Assembly: GCA_023229825.1 (NCBI GenBank)
Contig: JALNYN010000001.1
Coordinates: 14,422-78,421, forward strand
Direction of reading: 5' to 3'
DNA length: 64,000 nucleotides
Source: Minisyncoccota bacterium
GTDB taxonomy: Bacteria; Patescibacteriota; Minisyncoccia; Phycocordibacterales; CAIJYI01
The notes below the pieces were generated by a model. It worked only from the letters and a program-made list of their open reading frames with translations. It did not search any database and was not told the DNA's origin. Made by a program: the position numbers and the translations under genes. This document shows positions 49,294 to 60,123 of the stretch, piece by piece. The stretch's first letter is position 1, and every line of letters starts with the position of its first letter.

Positions 49294-50490
49294 ATGAATT
49301 CCCCAAAAAAACCAACATATATAGACCTTTTTGCTGGATGCGGTGGTCTTTCTCTTGGCTTGTATCGTGCCGGATGGCACGGTCTTTTTGCAATTGAGAA
49401 GGATACGATGGCGTTCGGCACGCTTAAGCATAATTTGATTGACAAAAAAGAACATTTTACTTGGCCGGATTGGTTGCCTCAAAATGAACTTGAAATCAAA
49501 GACGTGCTATCTAAATACAAAAAAGAATTAAGCGAATTATCAGGAAAGGTTGATCTTGTCGTCGGAGGTCCTCCCTGTCAGGGGTTTTCAATGGCAGGAA
49601 AGCGCAATGAGGGCGACATGAGAAATAAACTTATCGATTCATATATCGATTTTGTAAAACTTGTTCGTCCAAGGATGATATTTTTCGAAAATGTCAAAGG
49701 TTTTACGGTAGGGTTTAAAAAGGGGGAAATCCGCGGGGATGCGTATTCGAAACATGTTATCAAATCATTAGGAGATTTAGGGTACAATGTTGACTGGAAA
49801 GTTCTCGATTTTTCTGAGTATGGCGTTCCGCAACGCCGGAAGCGATTTATTTTGGTCGGGGTTTTGGGTGGTGATGTTAATAAGTTTTTTGAACTGTTGA
49901 ATTTAAACCGAAAGCAATTTCTTTCAGATAATAAACTCTTGCAAAAGTGTACTTTGAAGGCGGCTCTTTCCGATTTATATCAAGCAAATGGGATCGTAGA
50001 CTCTCCTGATTCAAAAAACTTCAAAGCGGGGATTTATTCGTCACCCAAAAGTAATTATCAAAAATTAATGAGATCAGGGGGTGATATTCCAAAAATTCCC
50101 GATAGTCATCGCTTTGCCAAACACGGAGAAGAAACTGTTAAATTATTTCAAACTTTATTAAAAAAAGCAGAGAAAGGTAAACGGATTGACGGTGATGAAA
50201 GATTGAAGTATGGTTTGAAGAAACGAGGCATTACAGTCCTCGGAGAGGATCTTTCAAGCCCTACACTTACGACACATCCGGATGATTACGTTCATTATCT
50301 TGAGCCGAGAATTTTGACAGTGCGCGAATATGCTCGAATTCAGTCATTTCCGGATTGGTTTGAAATAAGAGGAAAATACACCACAGGTGGAAAACAGCGA
50401 GTCAAAGAAGTTCCGAGATATACTCAACTTGGGAATGCAATCCCTCCCCTGTTTGGTGAACAGGCGGGAAGAGTTCTTAAGAAGTTGTAG
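49294..50490 (+). CDS. DNA cytosine-5 methyltransferase
   Basis: DLFAGCGG, GGPPCQGFS, ENV, PQRRKR, QLGNAIPP. Confidence 0.95.
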   Translation: MNSPKKPTYIDLFAGCGGLSLGLYRAGWHGLFAIEKDTMAFGTLKHNLIDKKEHFTWPDWLPQNELEIKDVLSKYKKELSELSGKVDLVVGGPPCQGFSMAGKRNEGDMRNKLIDSYIDFVKLVRPRMIFFENVKGFTVGFKKGEIRGDAYSKHVIKSLGDLGYNVDWKVLDFSEYGVPQRRKRFILVGVLGGDVNKFFELLNLNRKQFLSDNKLLQKCTLKAALSDLYQANGIVDSPDSKNFKAGIYSSPKSNYQKLMRSGGDIPKIPDSHRFAKHGEETVKLFQTLLKKAEKGKRIDGDERLKYGLKKRGITVLGEDLSSPTLTTHPDDYVHYLEPRILTVREYARIQSFPDWFEIRGKYTTGGKQRVKEVPRYTQLGNAIPPLFGEQAGRVLKKL

Positions 50491-50492
50491 AC

Positions 50493-52772
50493 ATGAAAAA
50501 TAAAATACAGTTCAAAATCAGTTCGGGTCTTAAAAACCTGATAGGGAGAGAATTGATAACCGATGAATATATCGCGATTTTTGAACTTGTAAAAAATTCC
50601 TATGATGCACGCGCGACAAAAGTGACGATTGCATTTGAAAACATTACGGATCCGGAAAAATCGAAAATTATTATTTCGGACAACGGTAAGGGGATGAATT
50701 ATGATGACCTGATTGATAAATGGCTTTTTGTGGCTTATTCTGCAAAAAAAGAAGGAACGGAAGACGCGGGAGAATATAGAGATAAAATTAATTCAAAACG
50801 GCTTTATGCCGGAGCGAAAGGTGTCGGTCGTTTCTCTTGTGATCGTTTGGGATCAGAATTGAATTTAATAACCACAAAAAACACCAAAAATGCTAAAACA
50901 GAAAATCTTTTTGTAAACTGGACTGATTTTGAAAAGGATGCAGAAAAAATCTTTGCAAAAGTTGATGTTCAACACGAGACTCTTAAAGAAAATCCATACA
51001 AAATCAACCACGGTACCGTTCTGGAAATCTGCGGACTTCGTGATAAATGGGATAGAAAAAGAATATTGAGTTTAAAAAGGTCACTCGCTAAATTGATCAA
51101 CCCTAATCAGGGAAATGATAATTCGAAATTTTCTATTGAAATATTGGCTTCCGAGGAGAAAAACGAAGACAGGAAGCAAAAAAAAGAAAGGGATTGTGTA
51201 AACGGATATGTTACTAATTTTCTCTTTGAAACTCTTGGGTTAAAAACAACTCAAATTATGGCGGAGATATCTCCGGATGGGAATATCATCATCACTACAC
51301 TAAAAGACCGCGGTCGTTTAATATATAAATTAACAGAAAATAACCCCTTTCAGGGGCTTTTGACTGATATAAAAATTCACCTTTTTCATTTAAACAGAAA
51401 ATCAAAAGCAAATTTTACCAAAACGATGGGCATGGAACCAGTAAAATATGGTTCGATTTTTCTCTATAAAAATGGTTTTCGAATATACCCTTTTGGTGAG
51501 GATGGTGAGGATTTGTTAGGAATAGAAAGAAGGAAACAGCAAGGGTATAATCGGTTTCTCGGAACTCGGGATCTTATGGGAAGAATTGAAATTGACGGGA
51601 AGAATGAGGAGTTAAAAGAAACTACCAGCCGAGATGGCGGTCTCATGAAAAATAAAAACTATGAGGCTCTCTTAAAATTTTTTAATGAGTATGCGCTTAG
51701 AAGACTTGAGAAATATGTCGTGGACGTCATCAAGTGGGGAGATGATACAAAATCCGGTCAATTGGCTCTTGAGCCCGAGGATGTAAAAACACAAATTTCC
51801 GACATTGTTGCTGGTATAACAAGTCCGAAAGGTATAATAAATCTTGAGTACGATAAAAATTTCTTAGATATTATTTCTGAGAGTCAAGAGAAAAGTCTGC
51901 CAAAAATTGCGAAAAACTTTGCACGTATTGCTGAAGAAAGTGGCAATAAGGAGTTACAGAAAGAAGCGGCGCGTGCAGTGCTCCAAGTTAAAGAGTTGCT
52001 TGCTGCAAAAGTCGAGGCGGAAAAAGGTGAAAAAAATGCTCAGGAGTTAATTAAATCGACAGAGCAAAAGTTGGAAGAAGAAATCAGTGAAAAACTTTTT
52101 CTTAAGTCTGTTCTATCGACAGATACAGAAGAGGTTATCGTGTTGCAACATCAGATTGATATATCAACAGAAGCAATCAAGGATGGTGTTGGTGATTTGC
52201 TTTATATGGTCAACCACAAGGTTCCAAAAGAAAAAATGCTGGAACCGATAGAAAGAATACGATTTGAAGCAGAAAAAATATCTTCAATTGTAAAATTTTC
52301 AACTAAAGCCAATTTTAGTCTTCAGGTTCCCGAGATAACAGCAGACCTCGTTTCTTTTGTTAAGGAATATATTGAAAATGTTTACAGGGAAGATGAAGCC
52401 ATAAAAACCAATCGACCCTATGTTATTTTTAAGGTAATAACAAATGGAGCCAAATTTTCGTGCAAGTTTAGACCGCTCGAAGTGATAATGGTGATAGACA
52501 ACCTTTTTAGTAATTCGATGAAACACAACGCTCGAAATATTACTATTTCGTGTACTAATCATAATGATGTGTTAGAAATAAAAGTGAAAGACGACGGAAC
52601 GGGGATAGAAGAGCGAATTTTCTCTAAAGTTTTTAATCTTGGTTTTACAACGACAGATGGATCTGGAATCGGACTTTATCACGTAAAGCAAATTATTGAA
52701 AAAATGCACGGAAAAGTTGAAGTTGGTCGGACTGAAAAAGGAGCTGAGATTATAATTCGAATAAAAAAATGA
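50493..52772 (+). CDS. MORC/MutL-like GHKL ATPase fused to a histidine kinase
   Basis: N-terminal ELVKNSYDA/DNGKGM/GAKGVGRF; coiled coil; H-box LQHQI; NLFSNS/DDGTGI/GFTT/GSGIGL. Confidence 0.9.
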   Translation: MKNKIQFKISSGLKNLIGRELITDEYIAIFELVKNSYDARATKVTIAFENITDPEKSKIIISDNGKGMNYDDLIDKWLFVAYSAKKEGTEDAGEYRDKINSKRLYAGAKGVGRFSCDRLGSELNLITTKNTKNAKTENLFVNWTDFEKDAEKIFAKVDVQHETLKENPYKINHGTVLEICGLRDKWDRKRILSLKRSLAKLINPNQGNDNSKFSIEILASEEKNEDRKQKKERDCVNGYVTNFLFETLGLKTTQIMAEISPDGNIIITTLKDRGRLIYKLTENNPFQGLLTDIKIHLFHLNRKSKANFTKTMGMEPVKYGSIFLYKNGFRIYPFGEDGEDLLGIERRKQQGYNRFLGTRDLMGRIEIDGKNEELKETTSRDGGLMKNKNYEALLKFFNEYALRRLEKYVVDVIKWGDDTKSGQLALEPEDVKTQISDIVAGITSPKGIINLEYDKNFLDIISESQEKSLPKIAKNFARIAEESGNKELQKEAARAVLQVKELLAAKVEAEKGEKNAQELIKSTEQKLEEEISEKLFLKSVLSTDTEEVIVLQHQIDISTEAIKDGVGDLLYMVNHKVPKEKMLEPIERIRFEAEKISSIVKFSTKANFSLQVPEITADLVSFVKEYIENVYREDEAIKTNRPYVIFKVITNGAKFSCKFRPLEVIMVIDNLFSNSMKHNARNITISCTNHNDVLEIKVKDDGTGIEERIFSKVFNLGFTTTDGSGIGLYHVKQIIEKMHGKVEVGRTEKGAEIIIRIKK

Positions 52773-53746
52773 GATTAAAATACAAAATTTTATGGTTTGA
52801 GGATGACTCAGAATTTCTTGAAAAAAGACTCGTTCCACGAATAGAGAAATATTTAAGTGAAGGATTAGGATTTGATTCCGAAATTGTTCATAAAACAAGC
52901 GGTACAAATGTTGATGCTCTTGTTTCTCGTGAAGAATACGATCTTATTGTTACCGATTTAAATCTTACGCAAGGGAAAGACGAAATCGGTCAAAAAATTA
53001 TTGAGAAAGTTCGGCTTCAGAAAATTTTAACCGATGTGCTTCTTTATTCGAGTTCACCACGTGCTATAAAAGAAATAAAAGAAAAAAATCCAGGGATAGA
53101 AAGAATTTCTTTTGCCTCTGGTCGTGCGGCGATATATGATAAACTATGCGAAATCATTTTTTTGACTGTTAGAAAAGTTCAGGATGTTAATAATTTAAGG
53201 GGAATGGTTATTACTGAGGCGATTGATATTGAAACGAGGATTCGAGATTTATTAGTTGAGAAATTTGAAGAATTAGACGCGGATGAACTTGAAAAACTCA
53301 GACAAAAAAAAATTAAACATAAAAAAAATAATGTTGATAAGTTAAAAAAAAGTGTTGCGAAAAGTGTGTCTCAGCTGGTTGAAGGATTGTTTACTTTTTC
53401 TGAGCTCCACGACGAATTAATGGGAATGATAGGGGAAGCTATTTCTGAAACGAAACGGGTACTTTGTGATCCAAGAAAGGCTAAGTCAACAGATCCAAAG
53501 TTAATTAAATTAAAAAAATTAGCATTTTTACGGGATGAATTACAAAAAATGAAATCAGACGTAATTCATCTTAGAAATGATATGGCACATGCGAAGGCTG
53601 AAAGACATCCTACGACAGGACGACCAGTTTTAACGAGCATAATTAGCGGAAAAAAACAACATTTTGACGATACTAAGTGTATAAAAATAAGGAAAGCTAT
53701 ATTGAGCCATTTCCAAAATATTGAGGAAATTGCGAAGCACTTATAA
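52769..53746 (+). CDS. Receiver-domain protein with C-terminal HEPN-like RxxxxH motif
   Basis: ILWFEDD, LIVTDLNL, LLYSS; LRNDMAH. Confidence 0.8.
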   Translation: MRLKYKILWFEDDSEFLEKRLVPRIEKYLSEGLGFDSEIVHKTSGTNVDALVSREEYDLIVTDLNLTQGKDEIGQKIIEKVRLQKILTDVLLYSSSPRAIKEIKEKNPGIERISFASGRAAIYDKLCEIIFLTVRKVQDVNNLRGMVITEAIDIETRIRDLLVEKFEELDADELEKLRQKKIKHKKNNVDKLKKSVAKSVSQLVEGLFTFSELHDELMGMIGEAISETKRVLCDPRKAKSTDPKLIKLKKLAFLRDELQKMKSDVIHLRNDMAHAKAERHPTTGRPVLTSIISGKKQHFDDTKCIKIRKAILSHFQNIEEIAKHL

Positions 53747-54007
53747 AGTTCGGCGCTTATTTGTTTTTTTGTTTAATTTCTTCCTTGATTATAACTTAAT
53801 GAGGTACAATTCTTTTTTAAAGTAGTGTTGTAACGAATTTTAAACGACGCCGGACGGTTTAATCGTGTGCTTCGCACGCTATCACGGATGGGGGATATCT
53901 TTCATTACATGAACGGTACAGTTTTCACACCTCACTTCGCCTGTGGGCTCGTTGCGGTATGTTCAAACTCTTCGATTCCCCCGCGCGAGACAAGCAGTTG
54001 TCTCGCT

Positions 54008-54071
54008 CATCTCCACAAATCTAAAAAACAGTCCGCTTGTTGGCGGACTGTTTTTTAGATTTGTGGAGATG
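54008..54071. repeat. 29-bp perfect inverted repeat that includes the tmRNA 3' end
   Basis: catctccacaaatctaaaaaacagtccgc-ttgttg-gcggactgttttttagatttgtggagatg. Confidence 0.85.
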
Positions 54072-54449
54072 GGGGGAATTGAACCCCCGTGCAAAAAGGA
54101 ACTCTTGGTGCCGGTACAAACATAGTTTATTTTTTTTGGTTTAAACCTTATAAGTTTGAAATAAACAAAATCTTATAAGCGTCGAGCTTCCTTTGTTTTG
54201 AAAATGTGCCGAAGCGCTCACATTTTCTATCCTGATGATATTACACCTTTTCTTTCTTATCAGGACTCAAAAAGAAAAGATGCCGTTTACGCTAAAGCGT
54301 AGCTCGGAGCGAAGTACGGAGATAAGACCGCACCTGCTTTTTTAGATAAGTTTGCACTTATGCAGTTTCTCGCGCATTTTAACGGGTGAGCGAGAATATC
54401 CGGTTTGAGCATTCAAGAGAGCGGCTTATTGTCTAGGCCGATCATCCCC
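54064..54449 (-). ncRNA. ssrA: tmRNA; tag ANLSKKAGAVLSPYFAPSYALA (54355-54287)
   Basis: 5' GGGGATG pairs with 3' CATCTCCA (G3:U); T-arm GGGGGTTCAATTCCCCC; next to smpB. Confidence 0.93.
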
Positions 54450-54540
54450 ATGGGTTATCAAGGTGCTTATATAGTATACCGCAAAACTCACATATTGACA
54501 ATAGCTATAAATAATGTTATTTACAGCCTGAATTTGGCGC

Positions 54541-54987
54541 TCATCTTGCTTTCCATTCTCTGGCTATGTCGCGCTCGGTATCGCGTTTTTTGATGGTTTC
54601 TCGTTTGTCGTATTTTTTCTTTCCGCGCACTATGGCGATCCCTACTTTTATCTTCTTTCCTTTGCCGAACATCGAAATAGGGATGATCGTCAATCCTTTT
54701 TGCCCTTCGGCGCGGGCTATTTGGGCGATCTCTTTTTTTGTCAGAAGGAGTTTTCTGGTGCGATCGGTCTGGTAAGCCGACACGGCGTTGTTGGGCTGGT
54801 AGAGCGGAATCGATGCGCCGACCAAGAACGCTTCGCCGCCTCGAACGAGCACGCGGGCGCCTTCAAGAGAACCGTGAGAAGATTTTACGGATTTTACTTC
54901 GTGCCCGAGCAGTTCAATGCCTGCATCGAATTTCTCGATCATTTCGTAATCGAAATGCGCTTTTTTGTTATGGACAAACGTCGGCAT
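54541..54987 (-). CDS. smpB: SsrA-binding protein
   Basis: NKKAHFDY, AGIELLGHEVKS, RKLLL, RGKKKYDKRE. Confidence 0.97.
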   Translation of the reverse strand: MPTFVHNKKAHFDYEMIEKFDAGIELLGHEVKSVKSSHGSLEGARVLVRGGEAFLVGASIPLYQPNNAVSAYQTDRTRKLLLTKKEIAQIARAEGQKGLTIIPISMFGKGKKIKVGIAIVRGKKKYDKRETIKKRDTERDIAREWKAR

Positions 54988-55119
54988 GGGTACAGTATAG
55001 CAAAAGCGAGCGGTCTTGACAAACGGCAAATTGCAAGCTAAACTCAAACGGAATTTCGTCGTGTTTTGGCGGCGGATGAAATTTTGTTTTTTCACAATTT
55101 TTTTCACAGGAGGAACGTC

Positions 55120-55431
55120 ATGACTATATATATGGGACCGGAGGGCGATATTTTTGGATTTGATGGAAAGAAATCTGCCAAGGACGACAAAAATGAAACA
55201 TTTGTACATGGACGTTATAGAACAAAGAAAATCCAAGCGCTCAATTTTTTAGAGGGTGCGAGCGACGAGGCTTATTATACGAAAGAAGCATTGTCTACCA
55301 TTAGGAAAGCGGGAGTGCCGGGTTTTACCGGTGCCAATATGGAAAAGATCCTTTCTTTATATGAGGAGATCAATCTTCGTTTGCGCCGCGAGATGGTGTT
55401 GATGAAAAGGAGTATTGTCGAAGAAGAATAA
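55120..55431 (+). CDS. Hypothetical protein
   Basis: TTGACA-17-TAAACT promoter, AGGAGG SD, terminator 55451-55481. Confidence 0.65.
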   Translation: MTIYMGPEGDIFGFDGKKSAKDDKNETFVHGRYRTKKIQALNFLEGASDEAYYTKEALSTIRKAGVPGFTGANMEKILSLYEEINLRLRREMVLMKRSIVEEE

Positions 55432-55663
55432 CGGCGATCGTTTGACTAGTGAAGCTCCGTACTGAAGTGCGGAGTTTTTTTGTGGAGGGGCAAAGGTCCA
55501 TAATGTCGGACGCTCGCCATATGGATTCAGGATCGCGGTCCGGAATGACGACGATAACGGGTTTCGGTGCTTGACAAAAGACCATGAGATGAGCTAAATT
55601 CGAGAGAGATTCCGTGTTTTTGAAACGGATGATCTGGATGTTTGAAAAGGAGGCAGAGAAGCT

Positions 55664-56026
55664 ATGAAAGTTATGCATGGTCAAGACCCGGCTTATAAAC
55701 AACGGCAAACCGAGAGAGAAATTGAACAGCGCAGAGAATTTGTTCGTTTGGTGATGGAGGCGATGCCGTTCACGGCGCATTATGGCCACACTCATGACGA
55801 TGTGCCGAATTTTATGGAATTGGCTTTTGGGGAGAAATTCGAATTGGTTCACATGTCACCGCATGAAGCGGATAAAAATTCCCCGTACCTCACTATGGTG
55901 CTGCAGAAGTTTTGTGTGAGTGCAAGACTTGTTAAGACCCGTGTTGAGACCAAAGATGTTTTCCGCGTTCATTACTTCGTCGTACCGAATCAATGTTACC
56001 TCGATAGTCTTCGTGGAGTTTGTTGA
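55664..56026 (+). CDS. Hypothetical protein
   Basis: TTGACA at 55572, AAGGAGG SD. Confidence 0.65.
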   Translation: MKVMHGQDPAYKQRQTEREIEQRREFVRLVMEAMPFTAHYGHTHDDVPNFMELAFGEKFELVHMSPHEADKNSPYLTMVLQKFCVSARLVKTRVETKDVFRVHYFVVPNQCYLDSLRGVC

Positions 56027-56096
56027 TCATTCATATTTCATTCATATTGAAATTTTGAAATGAGGTCAGTCAAATTATGGTTTAAATGGAGGCGAC

Positions 56097-56282
56097 ATGG
56101 GCGGTCTCGATTTCGTTGAAAAAGTTTTAGAGTTGACCCGAGCAGGGGTGAGCGTCACGGAAAAGGATTACCTCTCTGGGCGGATGGTTGACGCGAAGTA
56201 TGCTGAAGCGCTCGAGATCTTGTGCGATGTTCATGTTGTGACCGATTCCGAACTCGGTTCGGGTCGTGAAATGGATAAATGA
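56097..56282 (+). CDS. Small hypothetical protein
   Basis: GGAGG SD; terminator gctccgc/gcggagc-T run. Confidence 0.55.
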   Translation: MGGLDFVEKVLELTRAGVSVTEKDYLSGRMVDAKYAEALEILCDVHVVTDSELGSGREMDK

Positions 56283-56394
56283 GATCAAGGCTCCGCTATT
56301 TGGCGGAGCTTTTTTGTATCTATTTATGTTGTTAGCGTGAAGGGAATGTACTGACAGACTTGCCTCTTATTCCTCGTCGTGTTATCATATCACG

Positions 56395-58350
56395 ATGAAA
56401 GAAACAAAAAAAGACAAAAATTTAAATAATAATGAGGAGGAAATGAAGCCTCAGAAAAATAATAAGCCGAAACTTCCCGATATCAGTCCTTCAAAACGGT
56501 TTTTTACCAACATCGGCGGATCTCTGCTTATTTTTTTCGTGCTGATCACTCTCTATTCATTCGTTTCGGGCGAACAAGCAAAGAAACCGGACGAGATCAC
56601 TCTGACGCAGCTGGCTTCCTATGTGAAAAAAGGGGAAGTGAAAGCGGTGACGATCGACGGTGAAAAACTTACCGTTGACCTGAAGAATAAACAGCAAAAA
56701 GAGGCGAAAAAAGAATTGGAAAATTCGCTTTCTCAGTCGCTCGTCAATTACGGCGTCAGTCCGGAACAGATCTCTGGCGTTCAGCTCAAAATCGTCGATG
56801 GCACGGGATTTTGGTATTGGTTTATGAATTTGGCACCGATCTTGATCCCCGTCATTTTCATCCTGCTTTTTTTCTGGATCATCACGCGGCAAGTGAAAGG
56901 CGCGGGCGTGCAGGCATTTACTTTTGGGCAATCGAAAGCGCGCATCATCGATCCTGATGATCAAAATCAGCTCGTGACATTTAAAGATGTTGCGGGAGTG
57001 AAAGAAGCGAAAGAAGAACTGCTGGAGATCGTCGACTTCCTGAAAAATCCGAAAAAATTCTTGGACATCGGTGCGAGGATCCCGAAAGGCGTGATACTGA
57101 TGGGTGCGCCGGGAACGGGGAAGACGCTGCTTGCTCGCGCGGTTGCGGGCGAAGCGCACGTACCATTCTTCCATCTGTCGGGTTCGGAATTCGTCGAGAT
57201 GTTCGTCGGTGTGGGAGCTTCCCGCGTGCGCGATCTTTTCAAGATGGCGAAAAAAATGGCGCCCGCTATCATATTTATCGACGAGATCGACGCGGTCGGA
57301 CGCGTGCGCGGTACCGGTGTTGGAGGAGGGAATGACGAACGCGAACAGACACTCAACCAGATATTGGTGGAGATGGACGGGTTCGAACCGAATGAAAAAG
57401 TTATTGTCATCGCCGCGACGAATCGTCCCGATGTGCTCGATCCCGCACTCCTTCGTCCCGGACGTTTTGATCGGCGCGTTACCCTCGACCTGCCTGATCT
57501 CGAAGATCGCGAAGAGATCTTGAAAATTTACGCGCGCAAAAAACCGTTTGCGGAAGATGTGAACTTGCGGACCCTCGCCGAACGAACTCCCGGATTCTCC
57601 GGTGCCGATCTGTATTCGCTTATGAATGAAGGCGCGATCCTTGCCGCCCGCGAAGCGCGCAAAAAAGTCGCGCAGTTCGATCTTATCCGTTCCATTGAAA
57701 AGGTCATGCTCGGACCTGAACGCAAAAGCCATCTGCTTTCCAAAGACGAAAAGAAGATCACCGCCTATCACGAAGTCGGACACGCGCTCGTCGCTTCCGT
57801 GCTTCCTCTCGCTGATCCGGTTCAAAAAGTTTCGATCATTTCCCGAGGACACGCCGCCGGCTATACGCTTACGCTCCCGCTCGAAGAAAGAAAATTGCAG
57901 ACCAAAAAAGAATTTCTCGATGATATTGCGAAAGCGCTCGGAGGATATTCCGCAGAAAAATTAATATTCGGAGATATCACGACGGGACCGTCGAATGACT
58001 TGCAGGTTGCGACTGCGCTCGCGAGGAATATGGTCACGCGCTGGGGAATGTCCGACAAGATAGGACCGGTTGCGCTCGAAGATCCGTCAGGGAAAGTTAT
58101 TTACGGACGCGGGATCGGCGAGAAAGAATATTCCGAACAGGTATCCGCGCTGGTTGATGAGGAAGTGTCAGCGATCATGAACGAAGGTTTGAAAAGAGCG
58201 AACGAAGTGCTGGAAACGCATCGAAAAGCCCTCGATATGATCTCGGCGGAACTTATCCGCGTGGAAACGATAGAACACAAAGAATTTGAAAATCTCTTGA
58301 TCGCGAATGGCATCGTACCGAAGAAAAAAATAGAAGAGGAGGTTAAATAA
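56395..58350 (+). CDS. ftsH: ATP-dependent zinc metalloprotease FtsH
   Basis: 2 [34 protein letters not shown]. Confidence 0.97.
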   Translation: MKETKKDKNLNNNEEEMKPQKNNKPKLPDISPSKRFFTNIGGSLLIFFVLITLYSFVSGEQAKKPDEITLTQLASYVKKGEVKAVTIDGEKLTVDLKNKQQKEAKKELENSLSQSLVNYGVSPEQISGVQLKIVDGTGFWYWFMNLAPILIPVIFILLFFWIITRQVKGAGVQAFTFGQSKARIIDPDDQNQLVTFKDVAGVKEAKEELLEIVDFLKNPKKFLDIGARIPKGVILMGAPGTGKTLLARAVAGEAHVPFFHLSGSEFVEMFVGVGASRVRDLFKMAKKMAPAIIFIDEIDAVGRVRGTGVGGGNDEREQTLNQILVEMDGFEPNEKVIVIAATNRPDVLDPALLRPGRFDRRVTLDLPDLEDREEILKIYARKKPFAEDVNLRTLAERTPGFSGADLYSLMNEGAILAAREARKKVAQFDLIRSIEKVMLGPERKSHLLSKDEKKITAYHEVGHALVASVLPLADPVQKVSIISRGHAAGYTLTLPLEERKLQTKKEFLDDIAKALGGYSAEKLIFGDITTGPSNDLQVATALARNMVTRWGMSDKIGPVALEDPSGKVIYGRGIGEKEYSEQVSALVDEEVSAIMNEGLKRANEVLETHRKALDMISAELIRVETIEHKEFENLLIANGIVPKKKIEEEVK

Positions 58351-58470
58351 CAAAAACAAAAACATCCCGATAAAAGTTCGGGATGTTTTTTATCGCGGCG
58401 GATCATTTTTGACAGGATAAATAAAAACCTGTATTCTTGAAACGGTTTTGTTGTTTGTAAGGAGAAAGCA

Positions 58471-58827
58471 GTGGAAGTAAAAACATCCAAACCGCATATT
58501 GTTTATATATGGGAATTGGCCCTGAATGTTGATCAGAAGTTATATTACAACGTATACGTACGACATGCCCTTGATCCCATATTGGAACGAGGCGAGTCTT
58601 TTCCGGTTCTCATCGGAGTAACCGACAGCATTGAGACAGATAAAGTATATCCGCTCAATCACCCGAATTTTTCCGAACTGGGCACAAGCCATTTTCCTTA
58701 TGATCCTGAAGTGAGTACGGAAGGATACTTGCGTCACTCCGCCGTTTTTCCAATACCGGTCTCTGTCATAAAGGAAGTCTTGGAATTTTTGAAGCAGCGC
58801 ACGCCGAAAGAAAGGAGGTTTTTATGA
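58471..58827 (+). CDS. Hypothetical protein
   Basis: TTGACA-17-TATTCT promoter, AAGGAG SD, GTG start. Confidence 0.6.
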   Translation: MEVKTSKPHIVYIWELALNVDQKLYYNVYVRHALDPILERGESFPVLIGVTDSIETDKVYPLNHPNFSELGTSHFPYDPEVSTEGYLRHSAVFPIPVSVIKEVLEFLKQRTPKERRFL

Positions 58828-59156
58828 GCGATCTTCATCCTCGCTATTCTCACGCCGGTTTTTCTCTGGAATACCGAGAGATAGGCTGCGTTTGGGGTTG
58901 GTTTACTCGGGAATGTATTCCCATGGCTCCGTTTTTTGTCACGTATGTGAAAGACGGGCTCGTATTTGTCATTCCTTACGGCGTATTCTGCGGCGGTCGC
59001 GCCTGCGTTTATACCGATGCCTATTGCGTCGGACAAAAAACCGCGACAGGAAAAATTTCCGAAGCGTACCAATGGGAAGATCGGATGGAGCATCATGGAT
59101 TTACTCCAGAATTGATAAAAAAGATAAAAGATTTTCTCAGGACCGAAAATAGATGA
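58824..59156 (+). CDS. Hypothetical protein
   Basis: AAGGAGG SD, ATGA overlap, terminator 59165-59198. Confidence 0.6.
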   Translation: MSDLHPRYSHAGFSLEYREIGCVWGWFTRECIPMAPFFVTYVKDGLVFVIPYGVFCGGRACVYTDAYCVGQKTATGKISEAYQWEDRMEHHGFTPELIKKIKDFLRTENR

Positions 59157-59198
59157 AAGTACCAAGCTCCGCACACAATGCGGAGCTTGTTTTTTTTG

Positions 59199-59299
59199 TC
59201 GTCGTCGGACGGGATTTGTATCCCGTTCGAAACGCTTGAAGAAAACGCTGAACGCAGTAATTTCAAACGTTTCGAACGAAGGTACAACCTTCGTCCGGC
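59199..59299. repeat. REP-A inverted doublet (REPIN-like)
   Basis: gtcggacgggatttgtatcccgttcgaaacgcttgaa ... ttcaaacgtttcgaacgaaggtacaaccttcgtccggc. Confidence 0.75.
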
Positions 59300-59406
59300 G
59301 GACGAGGGCGGTTTCAAACACAGACTATTGACACATTGTCAACAAATTGGTAAGTTGGTGCCAGATTGTGATTTTTGGCAATCATTACGAAATTTAGGAG
59401 AGTGTG

Positions 59407-59685
59407 ATGAGAAAAATCTTAGTGGTATTGGTACTGGTCGTGGTTTGGCTCGGATTTGTCGAGTATGCTCATTCTGAAGGAATACGGGCGGCGCAATTAA
59501 AACCGGAGACTCATAATGGAATCATCTCCACGGTGAAAATTCATATTAATGGTCTTGGCCTTGATGGCTATTATGTTAAAGACACGAACGCCGTTCCTCC
59601 ATTGTGTTATTTTCAAGGTAGTGGCGGTGGCGAAATGACGCTTGTACCTTGTGAAAATCTCAAATATTACTTTGGCGATAAGTAA
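59407..59685 (+). CDS. Small secreted protein
   Basis: Signal peptide, two Cys; TTGACA promoter, AGGAG SD. Confidence 0.65.
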   Translation: MRKILVVLVLVVVWLGFVEYAHSEGIRAAQLKPETHNGIISTVKIHINGLGLDGYYVKDTNAVPPLCYFQGSGGGEMTLVPCENLKYYFGDK

Positions 59686-59761
59686 GCGACAAGTCGAAAG
59701 GGTCGGAGCTTCCGGCCCCTTTTTTATTGGGATTGTGAGACGAAAAGAGTAGGTGGTAAAA

Positions 59762-59910
59762 CCCACCCCACCCCAACCCTCCCCTCTGAAGAGAGGGAGG
59801 GGGCACGACGATGGTATAATTTGTCTGGCGTTCGTATTCCTTAAATCCGTTAATCCGTAAATCCTAAATCTTCGTTCGTCGTCCCCCGATACTGATACTT
59901 CTCCCTGATA
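59762..59910. repeat. Cluster of three repeat families upstream of tuf
   Basis: CCCCACC hairpin, aatcc 8-mers, gatact arm. Confidence 0.65.
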
Positions 59911-60123
59911 CATTGCCAATGTCCCTTGACTATTTCCGCCGGTTTGCTATGATGTTTATCACTTGTCGATACCGCACTTATGCATATTTTTTGTATGCGG
60001 AATTGCGACGGCATCTTTATTATCGAAACCATTTATTAGAAAAATAACGTTTATTATTAACGGCCGTGGCTCAGTTGATCACTCTTAAGAGCTGAGCTTT
60101 GGCCGGTAAATAAAAAAAATAAT

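Noticed and set aside
56557-57852. Long antisense ORFs (also 15363-16415, 60280-61125, 44542-45297)
   Set aside because: Shadows of well-supported genes on the opposite strand, with no motifs
60061-60106. tRNA-like start (ggccgtggctcagttg) upstream of tuf
   Set aside because: No anticodon arm or T-arm; folds as a single leader hairpin
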